Origin: Candidatus Hermodarchaeum yapensis
GTDB lineage: Archaea > Asgardarchaeota > Hermodarchaeia > Hermodarchaeales > Hermodarchaeaceae
Assembly (NCBI GenBank): GCA_016840405.1
Contig: JAEOSK010000007.1
Span: forward strand, 31,256-95,255
Direction: 5' to 3'
DNA length: 64,000 bases
The position numbers and the translations under genes are program-made. Every line of letters starts with the position of its first letter. The stretch's first letter is position 1. The notes below the pieces were generated by a model that made no database searches, was not told where the DNA came from, and saw only the letters and a list, made by a program, of their open reading frames with translations. Positions 20,343-29,371 of this stretch are shown here, in pieces.

Positions 20343-21833
20343 ATGGTAAAATCGCTGCTCGATGAAGTCATGACGGTGTCCCTCCGGCGAGGAATACTCT
20401 ACCCTAGTGCAGAAATTTACGGGGGGCTTGCTGGCTTTTATGATTTCGGTCCAATAGGAGCGCGAATTCGAAACAATCTCATTGCTCTTTGGAGGAATCG
20501 TTTCATTGAGCGCAGAGACATCGTTTATGAGATAAGTGGAAATACGATTCTACCTAGCCCCGTTTTCAAAGCTTCGGGTCATCTTGACCATTTCACCGAT
20601 CCCTCAGCTGAATGTCAAAAGGGTCACGTTAGTCGCATTGATCAGTTAATTGAGGAAAAATTGCAAATTCACGCCGAAGGGAAATCCAATAAGGAATTGG
20701 CAGAAATCATTGCTCAAAATAAGATACGCTGTCCTGTGTGTGGCGACCCTCTCGGTGAGGTAAAGAGTTTTGGACTGATGTTTGGGACCAACGTGGGTGG
20801 CGAACGGCGACAAGCTTTTCTTCGACCGGAAACAGCTCAAAATATCTTTCTCGGGTTTAAACGTGTTCAAACTGCAACTCGGGCGAAATTACCATTTGGT
20901 GTTGCTCAAATTGGGCGGTCTTATCGTAATGAAATTTCTCCGCGCCAAAGTATCGTTCGTGTCCGTGAATTTAGCCAAATGGAAATTGAATACTTCATTG
21001 ATCCTAACCAAATGAATGAATGTCCCTTTTTTGAAGAACTATCAGGAATCAAATTGAATCTGGTTACTCAGGAAGAGCAAGAAAAAGCAGCCAAGAAAAA
21101 GAGTACAGATTATTCTTCAATCCAAGTTACCGTCAAAGACGCGTATGAGAAAAAGTATGTCCCCAATCAATGGATGGCCTGTACTCTTGGAGACGAAGTT
21201 GTTTTCTTCCAAGAACTGGGCATTCCTGAGAACGCTGTCCGGTTCCGGCATATGCGACCAGAAGAAACACCTCATTATAGTGGTGGCAACTTCGATTTAG
21301 AAATTCTATTCAGCTTTGGATGGAAAGAAGTCATCGGTAACGCCTATCGGCAAGACCATGATCTCCGGTCCCACATGAATGGCAGTAAAAAAGACCTCAG
21401 CCTGGAACTAGAGGGTAAAAAGATAATTCCTCATGTCATCGAACCCTCATTTGGCATTGACCGAATGATCTACGCGATTTTAGAACACACTTATCGTCCA
21501 AAGAACAAAAGTCGGGGATGGTCCTGGTTCCAATTCCCTGTTAACCTCGCACCGTATCATGCTGTAATCCTACCATTACTGAATCGCCCAGAACTCGAGG
21601 AAGCAGCAAGGCGTTTATACCAACAATGTAAACTACAAGGCCATTCCATCCTCTATGATGACCGTGGACGGATTGGACGACGCTATGCCCGGGCGGATGA
21701 AATAGGAATCCCCAAAGCGGTCACCATTGATCCACAGACTTTAGATGACCAAACAGCTACTATCCGTGACCGAGATACGGCCCAACAGACTCGCCATCTT
21801 CTCAGTGAGATATCCATCTTACTTAAACCATGA
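20343..21833 (+). CDS. glyS: Glycine--tRNA ligase (archaeal/eukaryal type)
   Basis: EIYGG.AGFYDFGP.G, LRPETAQ, RNEISPR, REFSQMEIE, IEPSFGIDR, IGRRYARADEIG. Confidence 0.97.
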   Translation: MVKSLLDEVMTVSLRRGILYPSAEIYGGLAGFYDFGPIGARIRNNLIALWRNRFIERRDIVYEISGNTILPSPVFKASGHLDHFTDPSAECQKGHVSRIDQLIEEKLQIHAEGKSNKELAEIIAQNKIRCPVCGDPLGEVKSFGLMFGTNVGGERRQAFLRPETAQNIFLGFKRVQTATRAKLPFGVAQIGRSYRNEISPRQSIVRVREFSQMEIEYFIDPNQMNECPFFEELSGIKLNLVTQEEQEKAAKKKSTDYSSIQVTVKDAYEKKYVPNQWMACTLGDEVVFFQELGIPENAVRFRHMRPEETPHYSGGNFDLEILFSFGWKEVIGNAYRQDHDLRSHMNGSKKDLSLELEGKKIIPHVIEPSFGIDRMIYAILEHTYRPKNKSRGWSWFQFPVNLAPYHAVILPLLNRPELEEAARRLYQQCKLQGHSILYDDRGRIGRRYARADEIGIPKAVTIDPQTLDDQTATIRDRDTAQQTRHLLSEISILLKP

Positions 21834-21958
21834 GTGAAAAAATCATGGTTTCATCTCACATCACTTCATAACGTATCCTTTTATTTCGTTTTCAACACCT
21901 CAGTAAATCATTTGACTTTCTCCTATGGTTCAATGAAGCTTAGGTTAGGTTGGATGTA

Positions 21959-22570
21959 ATGGCAAACCAACTTTCTTTACAGGAACGATTGAAAATTTAC
22001 TGACGAATAACAGAACTCGGATCCCTTACCCGGCGTTATATAGTGATTCGGGCCTTCGATGGTGCCCTCACCATTGTTGCCATTGTACTGGCCGCCCTCG
22101 CTGCAGCAGTCCTATTAGGTGCGGTGATGACACTTGATCAAGTGATTCTTTTAGTTCGAGCTAGTTTAAGTGCTGGAATGGGTCTTGCAATTTCTAGTGG
22201 CTGGGGTGCCTATGAAGCGGAACGCGTTGAACAGAAAAAAGAGATCCAGCACCTAGAACAACATATGCAACGACCCATGGATGGGTGTATGGTAGAATCC
22301 GCCCTAAAATTTGCTACAGGGTGGGCTTCCTTTATTCACGGTATTTCTCCTCTTCCTGCCGCAATTCTTCCACTAATTCCCCTGGTTTTATTCCCCGCAG
22401 ATTTTATCATGGCGGCAGCAATTTCGGTCATCATCGCAATGATTTTCCTCTTTATTTTGGGCGTGTGGATGGGACGAATTTCTAAAACCAATATGCTATT
22501 TGGAGGTCTTCGAATGGTGATAATTGGACTTATCACCGCTCTCATTTGTGTGCTCATTGGTGCCCATTGA
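21959..22570 (+). CDS. VIT1/CCC1-family (TIGR00267-like) membrane transporter; in-frame TGA at codon 15 (22001-22003); ORF track starts at 22043
   Basis: RRYIVIRAFDGALT, SSGWGAYEAE..E, LFILG..MGRIS; upstream ATG 21959 in frame. Confidence 0.75.
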
Positions 22571-22586
22571 TTGTGAACCCGAAATT

Positions 22587-24497
22587 TCACTTGGAATCCA
22601 ATTGAACTTTGATAGCTGAGCGAAGAAGCTCATTCACAAGTTTTCCATCGGCTCGACCGCGAACTTCCTTCATGACCATTCCCATCAGGGGTCCCATCGC
22701 CCGGTCTCCTCGCTCTGAAATCATCTTACTATTTTCTTTCACGATTGTATCAACAATCGCCTTGAGTTCCCCCTTTGAAATAGCACCCAATCCTAGGTTT
22801 TGAACGGCTTCTTCAACCGCAGCCTGTGGATTCTTTGCTAGCCATGTGAAAAGGTCAGGAATGGCTTCTTTTGCAAACAGGTTTTCTGCCAGGTGGTCAA
22901 ATATGAGAATAATCTGATCTTCAGGAATATCGTCGACAGCAACTCCTTCTCGTTCCAGATTTCGCCAAGTTGTTTCAAGGGACGCTGCAACCGTGACAGC
23001 TAGCTGGGGATGACTTTTCGTAATTTGCTCAAATAGGTCAATCCGAAGCGAACGTATCATAATTTGAGCGAGTTCGTCACTCAGGTGAAACTCTTTCTTA
23101 AATTTCTGTAACTTTTCTTCAGGTAACTCAGGTAATGCTTGTCGTATTCGGTCCAGGCGCTGCTGTGTTACGGTAACTGGAGCCACATCGGTTTCTGGGT
23201 ACATACGGGCGGCACCAGGACGTGGACGTGAATAACGGGTTGTTCCATCACCCAGAGGACCTCGAGTCTCTGCAGGTACTCTCTTCAAAGCTTCTCGTGT
23301 ACGATCTGCAACAGCATTCAACGCATCTCTGGCTTCTTGTTTGGGTGCAGCTACGATGATTATGGCATCAGACTGAGTAGTCTTAAGGTGTTTATGGAGC
23401 CGTTTTATCTCTTCAGCAGTTATTCCATAATTTGGTAATTCATCGGTATGAAACAGCCCTTTCACTCCTCCCCAAAATTGAGCATAATCGGCCAACTCGC
23501 TTCCAAAGCGTCGACCTGGCTGTAGTTCCCAGCCAACAAGTCCTGCGAATCCTGGGAGAATGAGAGCGAAAACACCCTCCTTATGCTTCAAAGCTCCTTT
23601 GATAACTTTACTTGTACTGGTCTTGAATAGCGGAGTTACATCATGAATTTCGTTATTAATTTGTCCTGCCCGCACTCCGCGGTTCTTCAATTCTTCACGG
23701 AGTTTGAGGAGCTCAACTTGTCGTTGGACCTCATATTGGACTACTTGTCCAATGAGATTGAGTTTCTGAACTCCCTTGATTTCAATAATCGCTCCGCCTT
23801 TAATCGACACATTAATGTCTTGACGGATAGTTCCTAGACCCCGTTTCACCTTGCCCGTGACACGGAAAATCTGACCAATTCGTAGGGCAGTAGCTTGTAC
23901 TTGTTCAGGTGTCTTCATAGCTGGGGCTGTGGCAACTTCAATAAGGGGTATTCCCAACCGATCCAATCGCCAATAGGTATTGGTGCCGTCTTCTCGAATT
24001 TTTCGGGCTGCATCTTCTTCAACCCCGATTGTTTGAATAGGAACAGTGAATCCATTCACGTTTATGGCTCCGCCAAATGCCACTACAACACTTCGCTGGA
24101 ATCCCGTGGTGTTACTACCGTCGATAACCAATTTTCGCATTACTTGAATTTCATCAACTGGTTGTGAATCCATGAGTAAGGAGATTTCGAGGGCAAAATC
24201 CACAGCTTCCTTGTCTAGTAGGTGGGGTGGTTCTTCATCCTGTTCAACAAGGCAGATGCTGTCATCATAGTTCTCATATACATGAACACGACCTTTGTGA
24301 AATTCAAACAGTGCCGCTGGGTCAATTTCACCTAATTCACTTTGAGTAGGTCGTAAACGGCGGAGAAAGGTGAAATGTGGCTCATCTTCGCGAATCTGAG
24401 TGGGACAATTGCAAAACAGTTTAGTTTTGGTGTCAAGCTGCTGGTGGACTTCAATTCCAATTAGAGCGCCGACCTTTTCATAATCAACTTTGGTCAT
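22587..24497 (-). CDS. gatE: Glu-tRNA(Gln) amidotransferase subunit E
   Basis: GIEVHQQL.T.TKLFC, MRKLVIDGSNTTGFQR, LDRLGIPLIE, RPRPGAARMYPETD. Confidence 0.98.
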   Translation of the reverse strand: MTKVDYEKVGALIGIEVHQQLDTKTKLFCNCPTQIREDEPHFTFLRRLRPTQSELGEIDPAALFEFHKGRVHVYENYDDSICLVEQDEEPPHLLDKEAVDFALEISLLMDSQPVDEIQVMRKLVIDGSNTTGFQRSVVVAFGGAINVNGFTVPIQTIGVEEDAARKIREDGTNTYWRLDRLGIPLIEVATAPAMKTPEQVQATALRIGQIFRVTGKVKRGLGTIRQDINVSIKGGAIIEIKGVQKLNLIGQVVQYEVQRQVELLKLREELKNRGVRAGQINNEIHDVTPLFKTSTSKVIKGALKHKEGVFALILPGFAGLVGWELQPGRRFGSELADYAQFWGGVKGLFHTDELPNYGITAEEIKRLHKHLKTTQSDAIIIVAAPKQEARDALNAVADRTREALKRVPAETRGPLGDGTTRYSRPRPGAARMYPETDVAPVTVTQQRLDRIRQALPELPEEKLQKFKKEFHLSDELAQIMIRSLRIDLFEQITKSHPQLAVTVAASLETTWRNLEREGVAVDDIPEDQIILIFDHLAENLFAKEAIPDLFTWLAKNPQAAVEEAVQNLGLGAISKGELKAIVDTIVKENSKMISERGDRAMGPLMGMVMKEVRGRADGKLVNELLRSAIKVQLDSK

Positions 24498-25849
24498 TGG
24501 TCCCTCATCTCTTCATACTGACTCCGCTTGCTACACTCAGTTATTTCTCCGGCGATGTTGTGAAGCATTTGTTTTTGGACTTCTTTCAAATCTCGAGTCT
24601 GAGCCAGTACCCACATGAGTTTGACATAAGCGGTTTCTGCTATCATGTCCTCGGCAGGAATTACACCTCGTTGGACCAGTTCAACTCCTGTTCGGTAGAC
24701 ACGCATTTGGACTCGACCCCATATACATTGAGATGTCATAACCACCGGGATGGTTTCTGAAGTTGCCCGTTCTATTGCCTTTAGCAAGGCTTTAGGCGCG
24801 TGTCCTAACCCGGTTCCTTCAACAACAATTCCATGGTAACCCCGGTCGATGAGAGAATCAATCCGGTCTCCTGTCATTCCTGGTGTGGTTTTTACCAAGG
24901 CCACCTTTGGATCAAATTTCGGTAGTAGCTGTAATTTCCGTTTAGGATTGCGATGATGGTACGTAGAATCTTCTGCCAGTATCTGAACCTGTCCGTTCTT
25001 AACTTCACCAAACAAATCGGTGTTAATTGTAAGGAATGCATCTCGACGGCTTGTATGGCACTTTCGAACCTGTGTTCCTCGATGTAGGGCAATGCTGGTA
25101 TCGTCAGGGCTACGATGCATAGCAATTACTACTTCAGCAAAGGGACCCTGGGAAGCAGCAATGGCAGCACCAGTTAGATTCAACGCAGCATCTGAGGATG
25201 GCCGATCAGACGAGCGTTGTGAGCCAGTTAAGATTACTGGGCCAGGTAGGTTTTGAAGCGCAAAGCTGAGTGCTGCTGCGGTATACCCCATGGTGTCAGT
25301 GCCATGCGCAATTATTACTCCAGCTGATTCTTCCAAGTGTTTCGCCGTTTGTTTTGCAATTGTGGTCCAATGACTTGGAAGTAAATCTTCACTAAAGACA
25401 CTGAACAGCACCTCTGCCTGGATATTCGCCAATTCACCGAGTTCTGGTACAACCGTATACAAATCATCAGCCGTTAACGCTGGATTCACGGCGCCAGTGT
25501 GATAATCGACGCGACTAGCAATCGTTCCGCCAGTACTAAGAATGCTAATCAAAGGTAATCCTTTCTTCGTTTTGCGGGTTACGGATGGAAGATCGGGTTT
25601 TACCTTTCTCCCCTTTTTTAATCGAGTGAGTTGTTGGATATTATCAATATGAATTCCAATATTGTACCCGGTATCAAGTTTGATGATGATATGTTTGTCA
25701 TCAGCACCGATTTCTGCTCGGGGGATTACAATGCCCTCAAAGGTGTTCTGGGCTGTTTGAATTTGAATTCGGTCCCCGATTTTGATCTTTGCCTTTTGGA
25801 GTGTTTGTTCTGCTTCACCTAAATACCCTGCAGGTTCTTCAGATGTCAT
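24494..25849 (-). CDS. gatD: Glu-tRNA(Gln) amidotransferase subunit D
   Basis: IKLDTGYNIG, STGGTIASRVDY.TG, HGTDTM, GSQRSSDRPSSD; overlaps gatE. Confidence 0.98.
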   Translation of the reverse strand: MTSEEPAGYLGEAEQTLQKAKIKIGDRIQIQTAQNTFEGIVIPRAEIGADDKHIIIKLDTGYNIGIHIDNIQQLTRLKKGRKVKPDLPSVTRKTKKGLPLISILSTGGTIASRVDYHTGAVNPALTADDLYTVVPELGELANIQAEVLFSVFSEDLLPSHWTTIAKQTAKHLEESAGVIIAHGTDTMGYTAAALSFALQNLPGPVILTGSQRSSDRPSSDAALNLTGAAIAASQGPFAEVVIAMHRSPDDTSIALHRGTQVRKCHTSRRDAFLTINTDLFGEVKNGQVQILAEDSTYHHRNPKRKLQLLPKFDPKVALVKTTPGMTGDRIDSLIDRGYHGIVVEGTGLGHAPKALLKAIERATSETIPVVMTSQCIWGRVQMRVYRTGVELVQRGVIPAEDMIAETAYVKLMWVLAQTRDLKEVQKQMLHNIAGEITECSKRSQYEEMRDQ

Positions 25850-25974
25850 ATTGATAAACCGCCTGTAGGATGTTGTGATTCTTTGCTTTTAGGACTTTGC
25901 CCAAGCCGATTTCGAGTTTCTTCACTCAGCTATGCGAAAGAAAAATCGACATTCTGAATTTGGGGTTCGAATTG

Positions 25975-27345
25975 CTAGAAGATTCGTCGACGGAAACGAT
26001 AGAGAACAAGGCCAATAATCGCAATGATAATGATGATCACACCGATTTGGATGAGGAGGGTTTCACTGGCGAGGAGTCCACTAGTGATAGTGAGATTTTC
26101 TGTTGTTGAGGTGAAAGTGTACTGGTCTGAGAAGTAATCGACACCAATCACTCTTACCGCAGGGTATTCGTAACTTCCTTCTACTATTGCCATGACGGTG
26201 TATTCCAGTGTTACATTTTCCCCAGCTGGCAAATCAAATACTGTAGCTGAGGCAGCTCCTCCTGCTAGCTGGACTATTCCATCTTCAATTGCTTGGAGAT
26301 CATTGATAATGACCTGAGAGAACGGCACATCACCAGTGTTAATGACGGTGATTTCTACGGTAAGTGTATCACCACGACGAAGGAGATTGGTATTCATTTC
26401 CCGCGACACTAAGAGCGCTGATGTAGGTACTTGGAACCAGACGGTGTAATCAAAATCTTGTGGACTAAGATTGAAATCATATTCTTCAATTCCGATTGGG
26501 AAATAGGGAAAGATTGCGTTCTCGAAGGTTTCAACAGGAAGCCCGTCAGTGATCATACGGTAAGAAGGACCATCGACAGTAAAGGTTCCAGATCCGTTGA
26601 GGATTAGGGGATTTGTGCGACCCATTGCCCTACCAAGACTGAAAATGTAGGTATTACCATCAAGTTCTGTCGCACCAGGAATCCTATATGTAAAAGTGAC
26701 ACGAGCATCTTGATCAGACCATTCAAAGTAGATGCGATATTGTGATAATACCGCAGCAATCCCGGTTGCATTGAATCCATTGATCAGGTACCCAGTTGCG
26801 TTATCCACTTGATAGAAAGTGAGATTAAGAAACATCTCATGGGATGCAATTGCGTCATTAAACGTCCACAGAGTTTGGTTCTCATATTCGGTAAAGTTGA
26901 AGCTACTAAATGAGGGCCAGTCGTCCAAAGGAACATAGTTTGTAGCAGTATAATTTAGGAAGTCTGTTGCTTCTTCAGCCGTTGTTTCATTGTCTAGTGG
27001 AAATGCCGTGATAGTAACATTTCCAGGATTTCCATCCCAAATTCCACCTTCAATAAAACCAGATTGTGTCCAATTAAGTAGCGGATTGAAGGGAGATTGA
27101 TCCATGGTCCGTGGTTCACCTGACCATGAAATCACAGCAGTGTCATTATAGAAATACTTTGACTCCAATGATACACTAACCCAGTCAGCAAGGCCATTTG
27201 GGATTATTGGAGTTTTCGAGCTTGCTTCAAGAGTTGGTGGAGAACCAACTCCCCCGTTTATCATTATAAAGGCTGGTGCTATGGGGCTGATGAAGAGAAC
27301 ACCAAACAGGAACACCATTGAAATCATAGATAACTTACTAGTCAC
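25975..27345 (-). CDS. Signal-peptide-bearing, C-terminally anchored surface glycoprotein with TRAP-beta/DUF11-like Ig domain
   Basis: N-terminal hydrophobic signal, many N-x-S/T sequons, GDTLTVEITVINTG...D...LPAGENVTLEY...G.YEYP, TM plus RFRRR tail. Confidence 0.75.
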   Translation of the reverse strand: MTSKLSMISMVFLFGVLFISPIAPAFIMINGGVGSPPTLEASSKTPIIPNGLADWVSVSLESKYFYNDTAVISWSGEPRTMDQSPFNPLLNWTQSGFIEGGIWDGNPGNVTITAFPLDNETTAEEATDFLNYTATNYVPLDDWPSFSSFNFTEYENQTLWTFNDAIASHEMFLNLTFYQVDNATGYLINGFNATGIAAVLSQYRIYFEWSDQDARVTFTYRIPGATELDGNTYIFSLGRAMGRTNPLILNGSGTFTVDGPSYRMITDGLPVETFENAIFPYFPIGIEEYDFNLSPQDFDYTVWFQVPTSALLVSREMNTNLLRRGDTLTVEITVINTGDVPFSQVIINDLQAIEDGIVQLAGGAASATVFDLPAGENVTLEYTVMAIVEGSYEYPAVRVIGVDYFSDQYTFTSTTENLTITSGLLASETLLIQIGVIIIIIAIIGLVLYRFRRRIF

Positions 27346-27533
27346 AATTGCACACCAACATGCGGCTGAAACCGCGTATCAGGTTGAACCCGAATGCTCG
27401 AAGGTTTTTAAAAGATTTTCTGGTAGGAGCATTTCTTAAAAAATAACTTGATAATTACTCTCCTGTCATCGTGAATTGAAAGAGGAAAAGAAAATTTGTC
27501 AAAACTAACATGGGATTTTATCTATTTTCACTA

Positions 27534-27734
27534 GAGAAAATCAAACCATTCAATGTTGGGAGGAATCACGGGGTTTAAATCATCCTTTATCAAACCACTG
27601 TTGAGGTCCTGATGGGTGTCTTAGAATCACGGCACCATAAAACTGAGCAACATCGCAAGAACTGCAAGTAGAGCCTGTGGAGCTGTCTCACCAGGGAAGC
27701 AGGAAGCCCACTCCATGAGGTGTGGGCAGTTCAC
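27534..27734 (+). mobile_element. Non-autonomous IS200/IS605-family mini-element / omegaRNA-like locus, copy 2 (left end decayed)
   Basis: Shares gagaaaa, tttaaat, gaggtcc, ggcaccat, gcaacatcgc, agtagagcctgtgga, caggaagc and a hairpin plus agTTCAC with 2908-3118. Confidence 0.7.
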
Positions 27735-27946
27735 CCACCGGCAATAATTGGTAACACAATAACTCGTTGTCCTTCTTCGATGGCATCTTCGAGTGATACT
27801 CGTTTGCCATCGACAAGGACAACAAAGTGTCTGTGAAGCAAACCCAATTCCTTTAAAAGCTCGCGAACCGTTTTGGACTTTGTCAGTCGGATCTCAGAAA
27901 AACCATTGCTCAATGCCATGTCGGTGTAATCAATTTCGGATTCCAT
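27731..27946 (-). CDS. Ubiquitin-like MoaD/ThiS/SAMP family protein
   Basis: TVRELLKELG, VLVDG, VIVLPIIAGG C-terminal diglycine. Confidence 0.9.
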   Translation of the reverse strand: MESEIDYTDMALSNGFSEIRLTKSKTVRELLKELGLLHRHFVVLVDGKRVSLEDAIEEGQRVIVLPIIAGG

Positions 27947-28054
27947 CGATGTTCACCCGCAACGCTAACCTCCCATCCCTTCCTACAGATAAAAATATAT
28001 CCGGCTCGAACTGCTAACAGGTCAGGTGTACCGAATTCCTTATTCACGCCCAAT

Positions 28055-28131
28055 GGGCCCGTGGCCAAGCTGGATAAGGCACCGGCCCTCTAAGCCGGTA
28101 ATCGAGGGTTCAAATCCCTCCGGGCCCGCCA
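28055..28131 (+). tRNA. tRNA-Arg(UCU), CCA encoded, intron-less, C at position 33
   Basis: GGGCCCG/CGGGCCC acceptor stem, CCGGC-CCTCTAA-GCCGG anticodon arm, GAGGG-TTCAAAT-CCCTC T arm, GCCA end. Confidence 0.92.
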
Positions 28132-28204
28132 CTTCACCTTATTCACTCTTGCCATAATTTTTTCTTATGATAAGAGAATAGGGCTGACAAATAACGGTGG
28201 AACT

Positions 28205-28804
28205 ATGACTGCTAATCAATCCAATGGTCGTCCTGTGATGCGACTCCGATACTTGGTCCCCTATAGTCTGATTTTCTTTTTTGTTCCCATTCTAACTTTT
28301 ATTATCGGTCGTTGGGTTGACCAATTATTTCAACTCCCTTCTTTCCCACCGTTTCCTTTCAACGTCTTCTTCGGAGTGGGAATAATGCTAATTGGGGCTG
28401 CAATTGGAATTAAAGCCACACGACAATTACGCTATACTGGAAAGGGGTTACCGTGGGGCGCATTGGATGAAGAAGCCAAAACGAAATTCTTGGTAACTAA
28501 AGGGATTTACTCTCACACTCGAAATCCCGTCGTGTTAGGCTACATGTTATTGCCACTCGGGATGGGTTTCCTTTTTCATTCATTGGGGATGGCAATACTA
28601 TTTCCTGCAGTAATTTTACTTATCATGATAATCCGAATCAAAAAATGGGAAGAACCTGATTTGGAGAAACGCTTTGGTGAAAAATACCTTGAGTATAAAC
28701 ACAAGACACCCTTTCTTTTACCTCGAATACGACCAGTGCTTATTGGCTTCTTTACACGAAGGCGAACCAAGCCAGAGTCTAAAGATTCATCTACTCCTTC
28801 TTGA
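28205..28804 (+). CDS. ICMT/PEMT-family methyltransferase membrane protein
   Basis: G.GLPW, LVTKGIYSHTRNP, EEPDLEKRFG..Y..Y...TP.LLP. Confidence 0.85.
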   Translation: MTANQSNGRPVMRLRYLVPYSLIFFFVPILTFIIGRWVDQLFQLPSFPPFPFNVFFGVGIMLIGAAIGIKATRQLRYTGKGLPWGALDEEAKTKFLVTKGIYSHTRNPVVLGYMLLPLGMGFLFHSLGMAILFPAVILLIMIIRIKKWEEPDLEKRFGEKYLEYKHKTPFLLPRIRPVLIGFFTRRRTKPESKDSSTPS

Positions 28805-29360
28805 ATCGTTCCTGAAACATTTTAACTGCGGTGAGAATGATTTGTTCAGCTGCAGATGAATCCTTCCATTCTTTCACTTTCACCCACTTATGTGGCTCGA
28901 GTTTCTTATAACTAACAAAAAAGTCAGCTATTTCGGCACGGAGATGGTGTGCCATCGTCGAACAATCCAAGACTTCATCGAACCGAGGATCGTTAACGGG
29001 TACTGCGATGACTTTATCATCTTCACCCTTCTCGTCTTCCATGGTCAAGATGCCGATTGGTCGCGCTTCCATAATACAGCCTGTGAAAGTAGGTTTTGTA
29101 GTCAATACAAGGATATCAAGTGGATCGTCATCTTCATACCAAGTTTGTGGAATAATCCCATAATCACCAGGAAAATACAACGCAGAATAGAGTACACGGT
29201 CTAACCGAAAAATACCCAGTTTAATATCGTATTCATATTTATTACTGACACCATTAGGCACTTCCACAATGGAATAGATGCGTTTAGGAGGATCTGGACC
29301 TGGAGGCAGATCCCACCAAAGATTTGTCAATCCATTACGCTCCGTAACAAGAATATACAA
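28791..29360 (-). CDS. ppa: Inorganic pyrophosphatase (family I)
   Basis: NKYEYD, LDRVL, DDDPLDILV, DEKGEDDKV. Confidence 0.97.
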   Translation of the reverse strand: MYILVTERNGLTNLWWDLPPGPDPPKRIYSIVEVPNGVSNKYEYDIKLGIFRLDRVLYSALYFPGDYGIIPQTWYEDDDPLDILVLTTKPTFTGCIMEARPIGILTMEDEKGEDDKVIAVPVNDPRFDEVLDCSTMAHHLRAEIADFFVSYKKLEPHKWVKVKEWKDSSAAEQIILTAVKMFQERFKKE

Positions 29361-29371
29361 TCATTAGGGAA

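Noticed and set aside
28055-28131. tRNA-Pyl or amber suppressor (loop contains CUCUAA)
   Set aside because: Stem register puts UCU at 34-36, the body is a canonical Arg-type tRNA, and no pyl genes are in the window
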